A stretch of 64,000 nt of DNA from Pseudomonadota bacterium (GCA_043825735.1 JBDRRP010000145.1:1-64000), one strand, 5' to 3'; counted from the stretch's first letter, positions 1 through 12,324 are shown. Translations and numbers: made by a program. Notes: generated by a model from the sequence alone, not told the origin.

Positions 1-14
1 ATTTTATTTTTCAC
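1..14 (-). CDS. 5' end of a gene running off the window (GTG AAA AAT AAA...)
   Basis: GGGGAG RBS 8 nt upstream of a GTG on the minus strand; lies downstream of the riboswitch at 286-375. Confidence 0.4.
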
Positions 15-98
15 ATGTCTTACTCCCCCGTTAAATTGCGGCTAACATTTTTCACTTAACAAAATAACCCTGGTAACCGGGGGTGTATACCGTGAACG

Positions 99-116
99 CC
101 CCCCCCCCCCCCCCCC
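99..116. repeat. C18 homopolymer (G18 on the transcribed minus strand)
   Basis: 18 consecutive C. Confidence 0.95.
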
Positions 117-202
117 GTTGGTGCACGTTCGCGGCCTTCTATCTTGATGAAGCTGTAACAAGCCTTCATGGTTTTTTAATCATTCCGGTTGATTCTGTCT
201 TT

Positions 203-238
203 GTCATTCCGGACGAGTGAAGCGAGATCCGGAGTCCA
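203..238 (+). repeat. REP-like short palindromic element
   Basis: GTCATTCCGG...GATCCGGAGTCCA imperfect inverted repeat. Confidence 0.45.
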
Positions 239-285
239 AGGTTCAAAAAAACAAAAACCGGGTTACCGTTTGTGACCTTTTCATG

Positions 286-375
286 GATCACACATGGCAA
301 CCCGGCTGTCCGTCAACAATTGGACCCGTGGCTTTCCGCCCCAACCTTACGATGGGTTTGGCTGTCGATGTAATC
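286..375 (-). ncRNA. c-di-GMP-I (GEMM-I) riboswitch
   Basis: Minus strand: CGACAGCCAAACCCATC-GTAA-GGTTGGGGCGGAAAGCCACGGGTCC...GGACAGCCGGGTTGCC, with P1 GATTACAT/ATGTGTGATC; matches the GEMM consensus. Confidence 0.9.
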
Positions 376-865
376 TGTTGCTTAATATCTGTTATTATTA
401 CCTATTATAACCAAGTAGGTACTCAGGTATCATTTTTGCCCTTCACAGGCTCAATGCCCGCCAGCCGGCAGATTCCCCGGACCAACGCCTGCCCGCCGGG
501 TACCAGATGGGGTTCAGTCGGGGTTACCCCCAGTCTCCTCGACGATATTTCATGGAGATGACGACATTGGGTTCAATATCAGATCGTTTGGCCAGACACC
601 CCGAGAGCGACATTCGCTTACCAGCATGCCTGTCACCCCAACACACGACAGCTGGTGTGCGGTTCTCGCGCATACCACAAGATGTGGATTCACCCTGTGA
701 AATAGCTCACTATCAGTGTTTTAGGAGCGTTGTCAATATATACAATCAGTCCACGCGGTCAGAACTAACATTTGATTCAATTCTATGGATCAGGCAAAGT
801 TTGTTGCCGTTTTGTTCTTTGTCAAGTCAACACTGTCGTCTCCGGCGGACATAGGGATTCTCCGG

Positions 866-1978
866 TCAGCAACGATCCTTGTTGATGGTTTTGATTTTCA
901 CAGCCACCGACTTCCAGCGCTCCTTTTCGACGCGGTCGGCGCTCTTATGCTGTCGCTGCGACAGATACGTCATCTCCCGTTTCATTTTACGGAAGCTTTC
1001 CAGACGCCCAGGCGACACCTCGTCGGCATCCACCGCCTGAAGGACCCGGCAGCCCGGTTCGCGGGTGTGGCTGCAATCGGAAAAGCGGCATCCTGCGGCC
1101 AGGCGATCGATATCCGGAAAGGCGGTCTCGAGCCCCGCGTCATCATCCCAAAAGGCGATTTCCCGGATGCCGGGGTTGTCGATCACCATGCTGCCGTTGG
1201 GCAGAACGATGAGATCACGGCGGGTGGTGATATGCTTGCCTTTCCCTACGCGCTCGCTGACATCGCCGGTCGCCTGCAGGGCTTTGCCGTAGAGCAGATT
1301 CAACAGGGTGGACTTGCCGGCCCCTGACGAACCGATCATGGTCGCGGTCTCCCCCGGTTTCAGGCGCGCCGCCAGGGCGGGCAGGCCACGGCCGTCCAGT
1401 GACGAGACCAGTTGAACCGGCACCCCAAGGGCCACCTCCGCCACCGTGGTTTCAAACCGCTCCGGATCCGGGTGAAGGTCCGCCTTGGTGAGAACGAGCA
1501 CGGGACTCATGCCGCAACTGTACACGAGCGTCAGATACCGCTCGATGCGTCTGAGGTTGAAGTCCCGGTCAAGACCGCAAACGATGACCACTGCATCGAG
1601 ATTGGCCGCCATCGCCTGTGCGCTCGCCGGCCTCCCGTCTTTGCGGCCCCGGGCGCCGGCCGCGCCCCGCACCAGGGCGTTTTTTCTCTCAAGCACAGAC
1701 GTGATGACGGTGTCGGCCGTAAGGACCCAGTCTCCGACGACCGGATACGCCTCCTGAAACTGGTGGCGAAGCCGCCCCGCAGCGGTGACCCGCCATGCTT
1801 TATCGCCGTTCATGACAAGAAAGCCGTTTCGCCTCACCCCGACCACCCTGGCCGGCGTCGACGCGGCGTCGCGCGTTGGGCGCATCTGGTTTTGAAAGTG
1901 GGATGTCCACCCCAGCCGTTCGAGGCCGCCGGTGGTAGGGGCGGCATTCATGGTTTCGATATGTCGATGCATGCTCAT
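866..1978 (-). CDS. rsgA: Ribosome small subunit-dependent GTPase A (RsgA family, long paralog type)
   Basis: Circularly permuted GTPase motifs TKAD, GSSGAGKST, GKHIT, DNPG and Zn site CRFSDCSHTREPGC. Confidence 0.93.
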   Translation of the reverse strand: MSMHRHIETMNAAPTTGGLERLGWTSHFQNQMRPTRDAASTPARVVGVRRNGFLVMNGDKAWRVTAAGRLRHQFQEAYPVVGDWVLTADTVITSVLERKNALVRGAAGARGRKDGRPASAQAMAANLDAVVIVCGLDRDFNLRRIERYLTLVYSCGMSPVLVLTKADLHPDPERFETTVAEVALGVPVQLVSSLDGRGLPALAARLKPGETATMIGSSGAGKSTLLNLLYGKALQATGDVSERVGKGKHITTRRDLIVLPNGSMVIDNPGIREIAFWDDDAGLETAFPDIDRLAAGCRFSDCSHTREPGCRVLQAVDADEVSPGRLESFRKMKREMTYLSQRQHKSADRVEKERWKSVAVKIKTINKDRC

Positions 1979-2630
1979 TGCATTGCTCCACTATTGATCG
2001 TCCCGGTCTCGCCGGATCTGAAATATAAAACCCGTGCTTCAGATGCGTTCTATCTTCGATTTATCGATTGCGGGAGTCGTTGCCGAGGGCGGAAACAGCA
2101 GTAGTGGCGGCGCCGTGCCGCGGCGCCTGAAGAAGTGCCGATCGGCATCGGCCGATCGGTGACTGCAGGATGGGTCAATTGGCGCTGTTTGGCGCCTTGA
2201 TCAATCCGCCGCCGGGGATGCCCCCTTGTCGGCAACGGTTGACACAAAATCCAGTAGCGTCGTGTTCAAAAAAACTCCTTTCACGGTCATATCTACAGCG
2301 GCTCAGATGCTATCCCACCGGGCATGATGCCGTCAAGGGGGCTCCCCCTAACGATCTGTATCGATATGAATCAGGGTCGCCAATCCAATGGAAATGGGGC
2401 TCTGCCGACGCGCCGTTTAACCGGACCGTGCCTTGACCCGGTGGCTTTTATGCCCAATGTTTCCCAGTACGCCGACGGCACACGAAAGGCAGGACGCATC
2501 CATGACATCCATCGACACCGATCATCGCCCGGACGCCGTCGGCCCGGCCATACCAGACCTTTTGCGGGACATAGGCACGTTGCCCCTTGCCGGCAGCAAC
2601 AGTGAGGCATCGGGGATGTCGTGGGGCAAC

Positions 2631-2671
2631 AAAAAAAGCGCGGCGTTTCAGATCGTATCGAAACGCCGCGC
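2631..2671 (-). terminator. Intrinsic terminator downstream of katG
   Basis: GCGCGGCGTTTC/GAAACGCCGCGC stem followed by T7 on the minus strand. Confidence 0.8.
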
Positions 2672-2749
2672 CTGATGTATTGCCGATCGTCTCCGTGAGC
2701 GTTCGGGCTTGCTGATTCAGAAACACCCGCAAAGACGCTTTTGTGACGA

Positions 2750-4987
<2,238 letters not shown>

Positions 4988-5040
4988 TTATTCAAGTGTT
5001 GCCTTGGATACTGGGCTCTGAAGCAAGGAATAAAAATCAT

Positions 5041-5057
5041 ATGATAATAATTATCAT
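5041..5057. promoter_or_regulatory. PerR/Fur box upstream of katG
   Basis: Perfect 8-1-8 palindrome ATGATAAT-A-ATTATCAT, adjacent to a Fur-family gene. Confidence 0.75.
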
Positions 5058-5074
5058 TTATTGGGCAAAAAATT

Positions 5075-5518
5075 TTACGCTGGCTTGGCCAAACAACTGC
5101 CGCAGATGCCGAAAAAGTCCAGCCTGTGACTTAGAATTTCAAAATTGGTCTCTAACGCGACCTCTTTCTTCATTTCATCCAGGCTATCCAGGTCCGGGTC
5201 GACGATTTTTTTGCACTTGATGCAGATGACGTGAGGATGAGGGGTCGGTTTGTTCCCGTCATAACGGTTGCTCCCGTCCGGGAACCCTAACTCGAGAACT
5301 TCACCGAATGATTTAAGCATTAGAATATTTCTGTAGACTGTTGCAAGACTCATTGTCGGAAAGTCTTTTTTTATTTCCTCATGGATATTTTCAACACTGG
5401 GATGGCCCTCGCTTTTGGCAAGGATTCTGACGATCGCCATCCGCTGTGGCGTTATCTTGTGGCCATTGTCCCGTAATTTCTGGATGATGGTATCAAACCG
5501 TTTTTTATGGTCTGTCAA
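5075..5518 (-). CDS. perR: Fur-family transcriptional regulator, PerR-like
   Basis: TPQR..HPSVE..SLATVYR, HPHVICIKC, C-terminal CxxC; directly upstream of katG; TTG start. Confidence 0.85.
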   Translation of the reverse strand: MTDHKKRFDTIIQKLRDNGHKITPQRMAIVRILAKSEGHPSVENIHEEIKKDFPTMSLATVYRNILMLKSFGEVLELGFPDGSNRYDGNKPTPHPHVICIKCKKIVDPDLDSLDEMKKEVALETNFEILSHRLDFFGICGSCLAKPA

Positions 5519-5537
5519 TTGAAGCCTCTTGAAATTT

Positions 5538-5556
5538 AATAATAACGATTATCAAA
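5538..5556. promoter_or_regulatory. Second degenerate Fur/Per box (possible perR autoregulation)
   Basis: AATAATAACGATTATCAAA, resembling the 5041 palindrome. Confidence 0.45.
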
Positions 5557-5622
5557 TAATACAATTTCCTCATTCAGTCAACCGCTGCTTCAATCGCGCC
5601 CAGATGCTAACGTGACGAAAAG

Positions 5623-5817
5623 ATGCGCGCGCATGCCATCCAACCCGCGGTAACCCAGAACAAGGAAACTCAGGCCGCAATTACCCCTGAAAAGGCCTTG
5701 GAAATGCTGAAAGTCGGATTGACTGGTTCTTTTAATGATGTTCATACCGGCCAGTTCAAATCCACGGTAACAAAATTGTCCGATAGCGCGTTGGGCTCGA
5801 TCCATATTTATGCTTGA
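5623..5817 (+). pseudogene. Internally deleted beta-carbonic anhydrase remnant
   Basis: TQNKETQAAITPEKALEMLK (beta-CA N-terminus) joined directly to VGLTGSFNDVHTGQF (C-terminal G..YDV.TG motif); Zn ligands absent. Confidence 0.55.
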
Positions 5818-5818
5818 G

Positions 5819-5862
5819 AAGTCTGGACAACCTGTCAAAATGTCTAAATTTTGTCTAGACAT
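5819..5862. promoter_or_regulatory. Putative GntR-type operator pair upstream of iorA
   Basis: TGTCTAGACA palindrome (5852-5861) and related GTCTGGAC (5821-5828). Confidence 0.4.
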
Positions 5863-5955
5863 GTCGGTGTACCATCCGTTAAATAGTGTCCGTCCGGAAC
5901 AGGCGAACAGCGACGCCAGTTCAGCAATCATAGACGTCGGTAGAGGAGAGACACC

Positions 5956-7848
5956 ATGAAAAAAATGGGAGACATGCTGCTCCGGCAAGAGGCCTTTTCA
6001 GAAATCGTCATGGGCAACACGGCCATCGTCCGGGCCATGGTCGAGGCCGGCACCCGGGTGGTCAGCAGCTACCCCGGATCTCCGACACCGGAAATCGCAT
6101 CGGCCATCCGATCGATCCCTGCCGCCGCAAGGCCCTTTTATTTTGAATTCTCCACCAACGAAAAGGTGGCCACGGAACTCGCCTATGGCGCGGCGCTCAA
6201 TGGACACCTGTCCACGGTGTTTTTCAAGAGCGTCGGCCTCAATGTCGCTGCCGATACATTTGTTCAGCTCAGTCTGATGAATATCACCGGCGGCATGGTC
6301 GTGGTGCTCGGAGACGACCCGGGAGCCAACTCCTCCCAGAACGAGCAGGACAACCGGCACTATGCACTGATGAGCTACACCCCGGTGCTCGAGCCGGCGG
6401 ATCCGGCCGAGGTTTACGACTTCTATCTCGAAGCGGCCCATTTGTCCCGGCAGCATCGCCTCCCGGTGATCCTGCGGCTGACCACCCACGTCTGCCACGC
6501 CAAGGAGAAGGTGGCATTTGGCTCCTGGCATCCGCAAAAGGCTGACGATACGCCCCGGTTCGACCCGGCCAACGGCCCCTACATCCCTCTGACGACCCTG
6601 GCCATTGCGCAAAAACGCATCGCCCTGGACAGGCTTGAGCGGGTCCGCCGGCATGCCGAGAAAACCGGGCTGAACCGGGTCATCGATAACGGCAACACCG
6701 CACGGGGCGTCATCACCATGGGGTTGCCCTTTCTCTCGCTGATGGAAACCTTGGATGGCGTGGGAAACCGGCCGGATATCCTCAAACTGGCCTACGTCCA
6801 CCCCCTGCCCCACGAGGCGATCACCGCATTTCTATCCGCTCACCAGGAAGTGAAAATTCTCGAAGAACTCGACGACGTGATCGAAACCCAGATCAAGGCC
6901 CTGGCCTTCGACCGTCAGGTGCCGGTCAAAATCATCGGCAAAAACGCACCTGAGGACTGGATCGGCGAGTACAGCCCGGACAAGGTGAGGCAGGTGCTCT
7001 CTGCCACCTGGCCTGACATCGTTTCGCCGGCACCGGCCGCTGCGGCCGAAGATCCGGCGCCCCACCGCCCCGCCCAGATGTGTCCGGGATGCGGCCACCG
7101 CAGCGCCTTTCACGCCATCAAAAAAGCACTTTCGCCTACGGACATCACCGTGGCCGACATCGGCTGCCACACCCTGGGCTATCTGCCGCCCTACGAAATG
7201 GGCCAGCTGCTCATGTGCATGGGCGCCTCCACCGCAATGGCCAGCGGCTTGCGGCTGTTCAACACCAGCCGCAAAGTGGTGGCGTTCATGGGTGACTCGA
7301 CCTTCTTTCATGCCGCCCTGCCCGGCATTATCAATGCCGTTTTCAACCGGCACCCCATCACCCTGATTCTCATGGAAAACGGTACGACGGCCATGACCGG
7401 CCACCAGGACCACGCCGCCAGCGGGAAGAACTTCAATGCAAAGACCGAGCAAATCCCCGTACGCCGGGTGTTGGAAGGCCTGGGGGTCAAGCACATCTTC
7501 GAGGTGGATACCTATCAGCAGGCCAAATTGACCGAACTGGTGGTGGCGGCAACCGCCATCGACGACTTCAGCGTGGTCATCGCCAGACATCCGTGCATGC
7601 TCAAATTCACCCGTGAGCAAAGAAAAAAGCCCAACTACCAGCAACGGCATGTGACGATCGGACCGGAGACATGCCAGCGGATCCACAGCTGTATCGAAGC
7701 CTTTGGATGCCCCACCTTCACCCGGGACCTCGAGGGCAATGTCACCATCAACACCGATCTTTGCATCGGCGACGGTTCTTGCATCCAGACCTGCCCGATC
7801 AAAGCCATCACCCCGTCCGGAAAAACCGGGAAAGGCGGTGCCGCATGA
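5956..7848 (+). CDS. iorA: Indolepyruvate/2-oxoacid:ferredoxin oxidoreductase alpha subunit
   Basis: GNTAIVRA, YPGSPTPE, NEKVA, CPGCGH, ADIGC, GDSTFFH TPP motif, C-terminal ferredoxin cysteines. Confidence 0.92.
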   Translation: MKKMGDMLLRQEAFSEIVMGNTAIVRAMVEAGTRVVSSYPGSPTPEIASAIRSIPAAARPFYFEFSTNEKVATELAYGAALNGHLSTVFFKSVGLNVAADTFVQLSLMNITGGMVVVLGDDPGANSSQNEQDNRHYALMSYTPVLEPADPAEVYDFYLEAAHLSRQHRLPVILRLTTHVCHAKEKVAFGSWHPQKADDTPRFDPANGPYIPLTTLAIAQKRIALDRLERVRRHAEKTGLNRVIDNGNTARGVITMGLPFLSLMETLDGVGNRPDILKLAYVHPLPHEAITAFLSAHQEVKILEELDDVIETQIKALAFDRQVPVKIIGKNAPEDWIGEYSPDKVRQVLSATWPDIVSPAPAAAAEDPAPHRPAQMCPGCGHRSAFHAIKKALSPTDITVADIGCHTLGYLPPYEMGQLLMCMGASTAMASGLRLFNTSRKVVAFMGDSTFFHAALPGIINAVFNRHPITLILMENGTTAMTGHQDHAASGKNFNAKTEQIPVRRVLEGLGVKHIFEVDTYQQAKLTELVVAATAIDDFSVVIARHPCMLKFTREQRKKPNYQQRHVTIGPETCQRIHSCIEAFGCPTFTRDLEGNVTINTDLCIGDGSCIQTCPIKAITPSGKTGKGGAA

Positions 7849-8423
7849 AGGCCTTCAACATCTATCTGACCGGTGTGGGGGGCCAGGGCATCGGCCTGAT
7901 CAGTGAAATCATTCTCAGGGCGGCCGATCACGGCGGCCACCCGGTTAAAAGTGTGGACACCCATGGGCTGGCCCAGCGCGGCGGCATCGTCGTGTCCCAC
8001 ATACGCATCGGCGACAATGCATTCTCTCCGCTCATTCCGGCCGGCCGGACGGATCTGGTCATTTCGCTGGAAAGACACGAAGCCCTGCGGGGGGCCGCGA
8101 CCGCCCTGAAGGACAACGGGTGCCTGATCTACTACAACACCGTGTGGCAGCCGCTTTCCGTCCGGCTGAACGAAACGGCGGAGGTCACCGAAAGCGATAT
8201 CCGGGATCTTTGCCGCGCCCGGGGCATTCGCGTCATATCCGTCTTCCATGAAGAGCTGCCGGATGTCCGCATGCAGAACATGGCCGTTCTGTCGGAAATC
8301 CACCGTCACGGGCTGATCCCCGGCATCGAACTGAAGCATTACCAGCTCGCCATGGCGGACCTCATGGCCGGCACCATGTTGACCGAAAACCAGGGGTTGT
8401 TCGACAGCCGTCTGGGCGCATAG
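7845..8423 (+). CDS. iorB: Indolepyruvate ferredoxin oxidoreductase beta subunit
   Basis: GVGGQG, HGLAQRGG; ATGA overlap with iorA stop. Confidence 0.9.
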   Translation: MKAFNIYLTGVGGQGIGLISEIILRAADHGGHPVKSVDTHGLAQRGGIVVSHIRIGDNAFSPLIPAGRTDLVISLERHEALRGAATALKDNGCLIYYNTVWQPLSVRLNETAEVTESDIRDLCRARGIRVISVFHEELPDVRMQNMAVLSEIHRHGLIPGIELKHYQLAMADLMAGTMLTENQGLFDSRLGA

Positions 8424-8763
8424 TCCCGGTGGATAAAATCGGCATCCCCCCGCTGAGCCGTTGACTTGCCAGGCCTGCCGGTATTTCTATTGCCTTGCTA
8501 AAGTTTCCTGTGCATAATGAAGGCAATCCATTCTGAAAACACATCGCTGCAGACGGCCGTCCGAATAACCGGTTCAGGATCTGCTCTTTACTTCACAGCG
8601 CACGGTGAATAGTGTGGCACACGTGTTCGAACGGTTCGTGGTCCAGTCAGGGCACCTATACGCCGGGTTTCCGCTCTTTTTTGCCGAGGCGCTGGATACC
8701 TTTCTCGACGTTAACGAAGATTTCCCATGACGGATGCGCCGCCTCGGAGATTCCCGGCGCCGA

Positions 8764-11700
8764 TCAGCGGCTTTTGACCAGAGGAAAATCCATCCCTTTG
8801 GAATCGACGACGGGATACTGGGCCTCCTGCCGGTACTTCCGGGTCAACGCCGGCAGTTCTTCTTCGACATACCCCATCAGTTTTCTGACCGTGATGGTGT
8901 CGCCCTTGCTCACGGCCTTGCCGTTCAAACCCTCGAGCAGCGTATAGGTGAATACACCGTGTCCCAATTCTTTGACTTCCGCGGCGAACTGCTCTTTGGA
9001 AGATGCCGCCACAACATGTACACCGGCGGCCCGAGACAGTTGCGACAGGGCCTTTCTGTCCTCGAACCCCCTGAAGGCCACCAGTACCGCCCCGGATTTG
9101 CAGGCGTCGATGAGCACCAGCACCTTCTGGGCGGTAATGTTCTGAATCAAACCGGAAAGCTCATCGGAGGAGAGGGCCTTTTCCCGGACGTCGTCTGCCC
9201 TTTCAGGGTACGTCAGATCATAGGGGATGAAATACCATTTCTCGTCGATGCTTTCGCCGTGCCCGGCGAGATAAATCAATACGGCGTCCTGTGGCTTCGA
9301 CCGCTCTAACGTTTTCAGGCCAGCCACCAGCCCCGCTTTGGTGGCTTGATCATTGTAGACCCCGTTGATCTCTGCGTTTTTAAACAACTCCTCGCCGCGC
9401 TGCCTGAAAAAATCCGCGATGCCCCTGGCGTCGGGTTCCGCGTAATTGAGGTTCAGCGCCGGATTTTTGTATGAGTTTATCCCGACGGCCAGTACGTAGA
9501 GGGAAACCTTTTTGATGGGCGCCGCCAGCGTGACGGTGATCTCCGCCGGGTTGGATTCGGTCCGATCCCGGCTGAAGCCGACGGCCCTGAACCGGTTCAC
9601 CCCGTCAACGAGGGTGACGGTGTATGTTTTTTCGCGCCGACGCTCGGCCGAGGCGATCCGGATACCCCGGGTGTCTTCCCCGACGGCCTTCCCGTTATGA
9701 TACAGCCGGATCTCATCGATACCGCCGCCCATGTCTTCGGCCGAGACCGTTATTTGGATCTCATCGTTTTTGAACTCGGCGGCGGTCGCCGGGGAGACGA
9801 TGGCGACTTCAGGGGGTAGCGCCACCCCTTGCCGGATATCCGCGGCGGGCGACACTTTTTTGCCCTGCAGGACAGCGGCGACGTAAGCCGGATTGTAATA
9901 CTTCTCGTAAAAGTTATCGATGCTGTAGACCTGGCTGCCGACCCGGACATTCAGGTATTTGGCCCCGCTGGGCGAGGCGTTGAAATAGCCCTCGGGCGTG
10001 ATGACGATCCATTCCTCGTCGGAAAAACCGATGAACCTGGCGAGCTCCCGGCCGGTGTCGGGATCCCAGAATCGGGTGGTGCCGTCCTGGCTGCCGGAGC
10101 ACAGAAAGGCCCCGTCCGGCGCAGTGTCGATGCTGGTGATCTTTTCGGTATGGCCCGTGAACCGAGTGGTGATTTCGCCTTTTCTCAAATCGATCTTGTA
10201 AATGAAATGATTCAGGGAATCTGAAAAAAACAAAGACGTGTTATTGGATCCCGCCAGAAATGATTCGATATAGTTGACCAGGTACAACCCATCGGCCGGG
10301 AGCCTCGTGTTGAAACCGAGTTCGAACAGGCGCTTTTCCGTCAAGTTGGACAGATCCGTTTCCTTCAAGACAGCGGTGGTTTCGGAATTCTCCGCCAGTG
10401 AATAGATTTTTTGTCCGTCACGGCTGAAGATGCATTTGGCGGACTTGAAGGTCTTCAGGGTTTCGCCAGTGGTGATATCGACCAATGTCGAATTTCTGAG
10501 GTCATCATATGCCAGCAGATATCGCTCCGCAGGATCGATCGCCATCTGGTAAATATCACTGGGGCCCAGGCGCCACCGCTTGATCTCGACGCCGTCCCGG
10601 GCGCCGGAGATGATGATCTCCCCACCCAGGGCCCAGATGATTTTCCCGGCGCCTTTGGTAAAGACAGGGGCACGGACATGAAGGGACGATTTTTCCGGCG
10701 GATGGATTTTCGTAATTTGCTTCCCGGTGTGCGCATCCCAGATCGAGACAACCGCATTTTCCGCAGTCATGTCCCAACCGCCGAAAGCGACCGTGGCCCC
10801 GTCCGCGCTGACGGCGGCGGATGTCGACAGGCTGCCCGGGTCGTTTTTGATTCGCCGCAGTTGGATGCCGTTTTGAGCATCCCACAACGCGAGGCTGTTG
10901 CTGTATCCGTGGGCGGTCACCAGCACCTTTCCCGCCTGTGCAATCCGGGCGGTGATGGTCTGGCCCGCGTACCCGCCGAAGGTTCTGACCCGTTTTCCCG
11001 AAGCCAGATCCCACAGTTTCGGCTGGGGCACCTGATCACCGACCAGGGCATAGCGGCCGTCCGGACTGAATGCGATGGACTGCACCCAGTCGCCAATTCC
11101 CGCCTCGATTTTACGGATTTCCTTTCCGGTGGCCAGCTCGACCAGCCTGAAGTTCATGTATCCGCCCAGCAGGGCATAGCGGCCGCCCGCGCTAACCGCG
11201 ATGGCCGAAGTGCCGCCCGTGACGATCGATTTGATGGGCGCTCCGGTTTGAACGTTCCAGAGGCGCACACTGTCTTGCCCCCAATTCGAGGACAGGAGCT
11301 GACTGCCGTCCGGCGTGATGGCCAGCGCCACGGTCTCGGTGCCGGTGTTGTTGAAGGACAGCACCGTTTTGCCGGTATCGATGTCCCAGACGCCGATGGT
11401 GTTTACCGGTCCAGCGCCGCCTTGGTCATAGTATCTGTAAGCCACGATCGCGCTGCCGCCGTCCGGGGTCAACACGAGCGCGCTGACCTCGCCGTTGATG
11501 GCCGCGGCGTATTCCCGGATCAGCGCACCGGAAGAAAGATCCCACAGCCGCAGCAGGCCATCCTCCCCACCCGCGAGAAGGCTGTTGTCGCCGGGGCGGA
11601 AAACGACCGGCGGCCCGTTGAGGCCCTCAAGGGAAAACGCGCGGATTTTCGCACCCGAGAAAAGCTCCCACGCGGTGATGTTGTCGCCGTGGAATGTGCC

Positions 11701-12099
11701 TCCGCTGACCATGGTCCGGCCGTCCGCGCTGACGGCGATATCCGTGACGCGGTCGCGGCACCGGAAGGTTCTGATCTCCCGGCCGGTTTCCGTTTCCCAG
11801 AGCCTGACGGTCCCGTCCTTGCCGCCGGTCAGGACATACCGTCCGTCGGGCGTGAACCCGGCCACGGTGTTGGACGTGTAGCCGTCATCGGTGTGGCCCA
11901 TCTGAACAAATATTTCGGGGGGCTGGTTGACGCGCCCGGTGACGATGATGGCGCGCGTGGCGGCAACGGCGGCCACAGGCATCGACGATTCCGGGACATA
12001 TGCCTCCGGCTTCTGGTCGGCGCCGCATGCGCTCAAAAACAATGAACACATCAACACTGCCAGAATGCATCGTAATTGACATCCTCGGGAACCGTTCAT
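8764..12099 (-). CDS. Lipoprotein with WD40 beta-propellers, Ig-like domain and C-terminal caspase-family (C14) peptidase
   Basis: Lipobox FLSA-C; many WD repeats (DGTVRLWE, DGTTRFWD); catalytic dyad YLAGHG and LIDACKSG; RBS AAGGGAG before ATG 12099. Confidence 0.88.
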   Translation of the reverse strand: MNGSRGCQLRCILAVLMCSLFLSACGADQKPEAYVPESSMPVAAVAATRAIIVTGRVNQPPEIFVQMGHTDDGYTSNTVAGFTPDGRYVLTGGKDGTVRLWETETGREIRTFRCRDRVTDIAVSADGRTMVSGGTFHGDNITAWELFSGAKIRAFSLEGLNGPPVVFRPGDNSLLAGGEDGLLRLWDLSSGALIREYAAAINGEVSALVLTPDGGSAIVAYRYYDQGGAGPVNTIGVWDIDTGKTVLSFNNTGTETVALAITPDGSQLLSSNWGQDSVRLWNVQTGAPIKSIVTGGTSAIAVSAGGRYALLGGYMNFRLVELATGKEIRKIEAGIGDWVQSIAFSPDGRYALVGDQVPQPKLWDLASGKRVRTFGGYAGQTITARIAQAGKVLVTAHGYSNSLALWDAQNGIQLRRIKNDPGSLSTSAAVSADGATVAFGGWDMTAENAVVSIWDAHTGKQITKIHPPEKSSLHVRAPVFTKGAGKIIWALGGEIIISGARDGVEIKRWRLGPSDIYQMAIDPAERYLLAYDDLRNSTLVDITTGETLKTFKSAKCIFSRDGQKIYSLAENSETTAVLKETDLSNLTEKRLFELGFNTRLPADGLYLVNYIESFLAGSNNTSLFFSDSLNHFIYKIDLRKGEITTRFTGHTEKITSIDTAPDGAFLCSGSQDGTTRFWDPDTGRELARFIGFSDEEWIVITPEGYFNASPSGAKYLNVRVGSQVYSIDNFYEKYYNPAYVAAVLQGKKVSPAADIRQGVALPPEVAIVSPATAAEFKNDEIQITVSAEDMGGGIDEIRLYHNGKAVGEDTRGIRIASAERRREKTYTVTLVDGVNRFRAVGFSRDRTESNPAEITVTLAAPIKKVSLYVLAVGINSYKNPALNLNYAEPDARGIADFFRQRGEELFKNAEINGVYNDQATKAGLVAGLKTLERSKPQDAVLIYLAGHGESIDEKWYFIPYDLTYPERADDVREKALSSDELSGLIQNITAQKVLVLIDACKSGAVLVAFRGFEDRKALSQLSRAAGVHVVAASSKEQFAAEVKELGHGVFTYTLLEGLNGKAVSKGDTITVRKLMGYVEEELPALTRKYRQEAQYPVVDSKGMDFPLVKSR

Positions 12100-12204
12100 G
12101 GATCTCCCTTTTGAATCGCGTGTCATTTCCGACCGACCGCTGTTTACCGCGTATCCGGATTTTTTCCGGGTTCAATATTTACCAGTCGGTTGAAAACGAG
12201 CGGT

Positions 12205-12324
12205 TACAGTACTTGTCAGAATAATGTTCCGTTTCATCCATAAGGCCCGCTCGGATTCGGGATCCAAATAGATGACCAACAGGAGACGCCGCCCACATGG
12301 AGCGTCTTTATGACAATGGTTCCA
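12205..12324 (-). mobile_element. MITE family A copy (inverted)
   Basis: Ends TACAGTACTTGTCAGAATAATGTTCC and GGAGCGTCTTTATGACAATGGTTCCA match the ends of the 29720-29896 element. Confidence 0.65.

Noticed and set aside
672..687. NrdR-box-like ACCACAAGATGTGG
   Set aside because: Single copy and no nrd gene visible
8424..8763. Possible ncRNA in the iorB-caspase gap
   Set aside because: Only short hairpins; no recognisable family
10411..12045. 544-aa plus-strand ORF
   Set aside because: Antisense to the WD40-caspase gene
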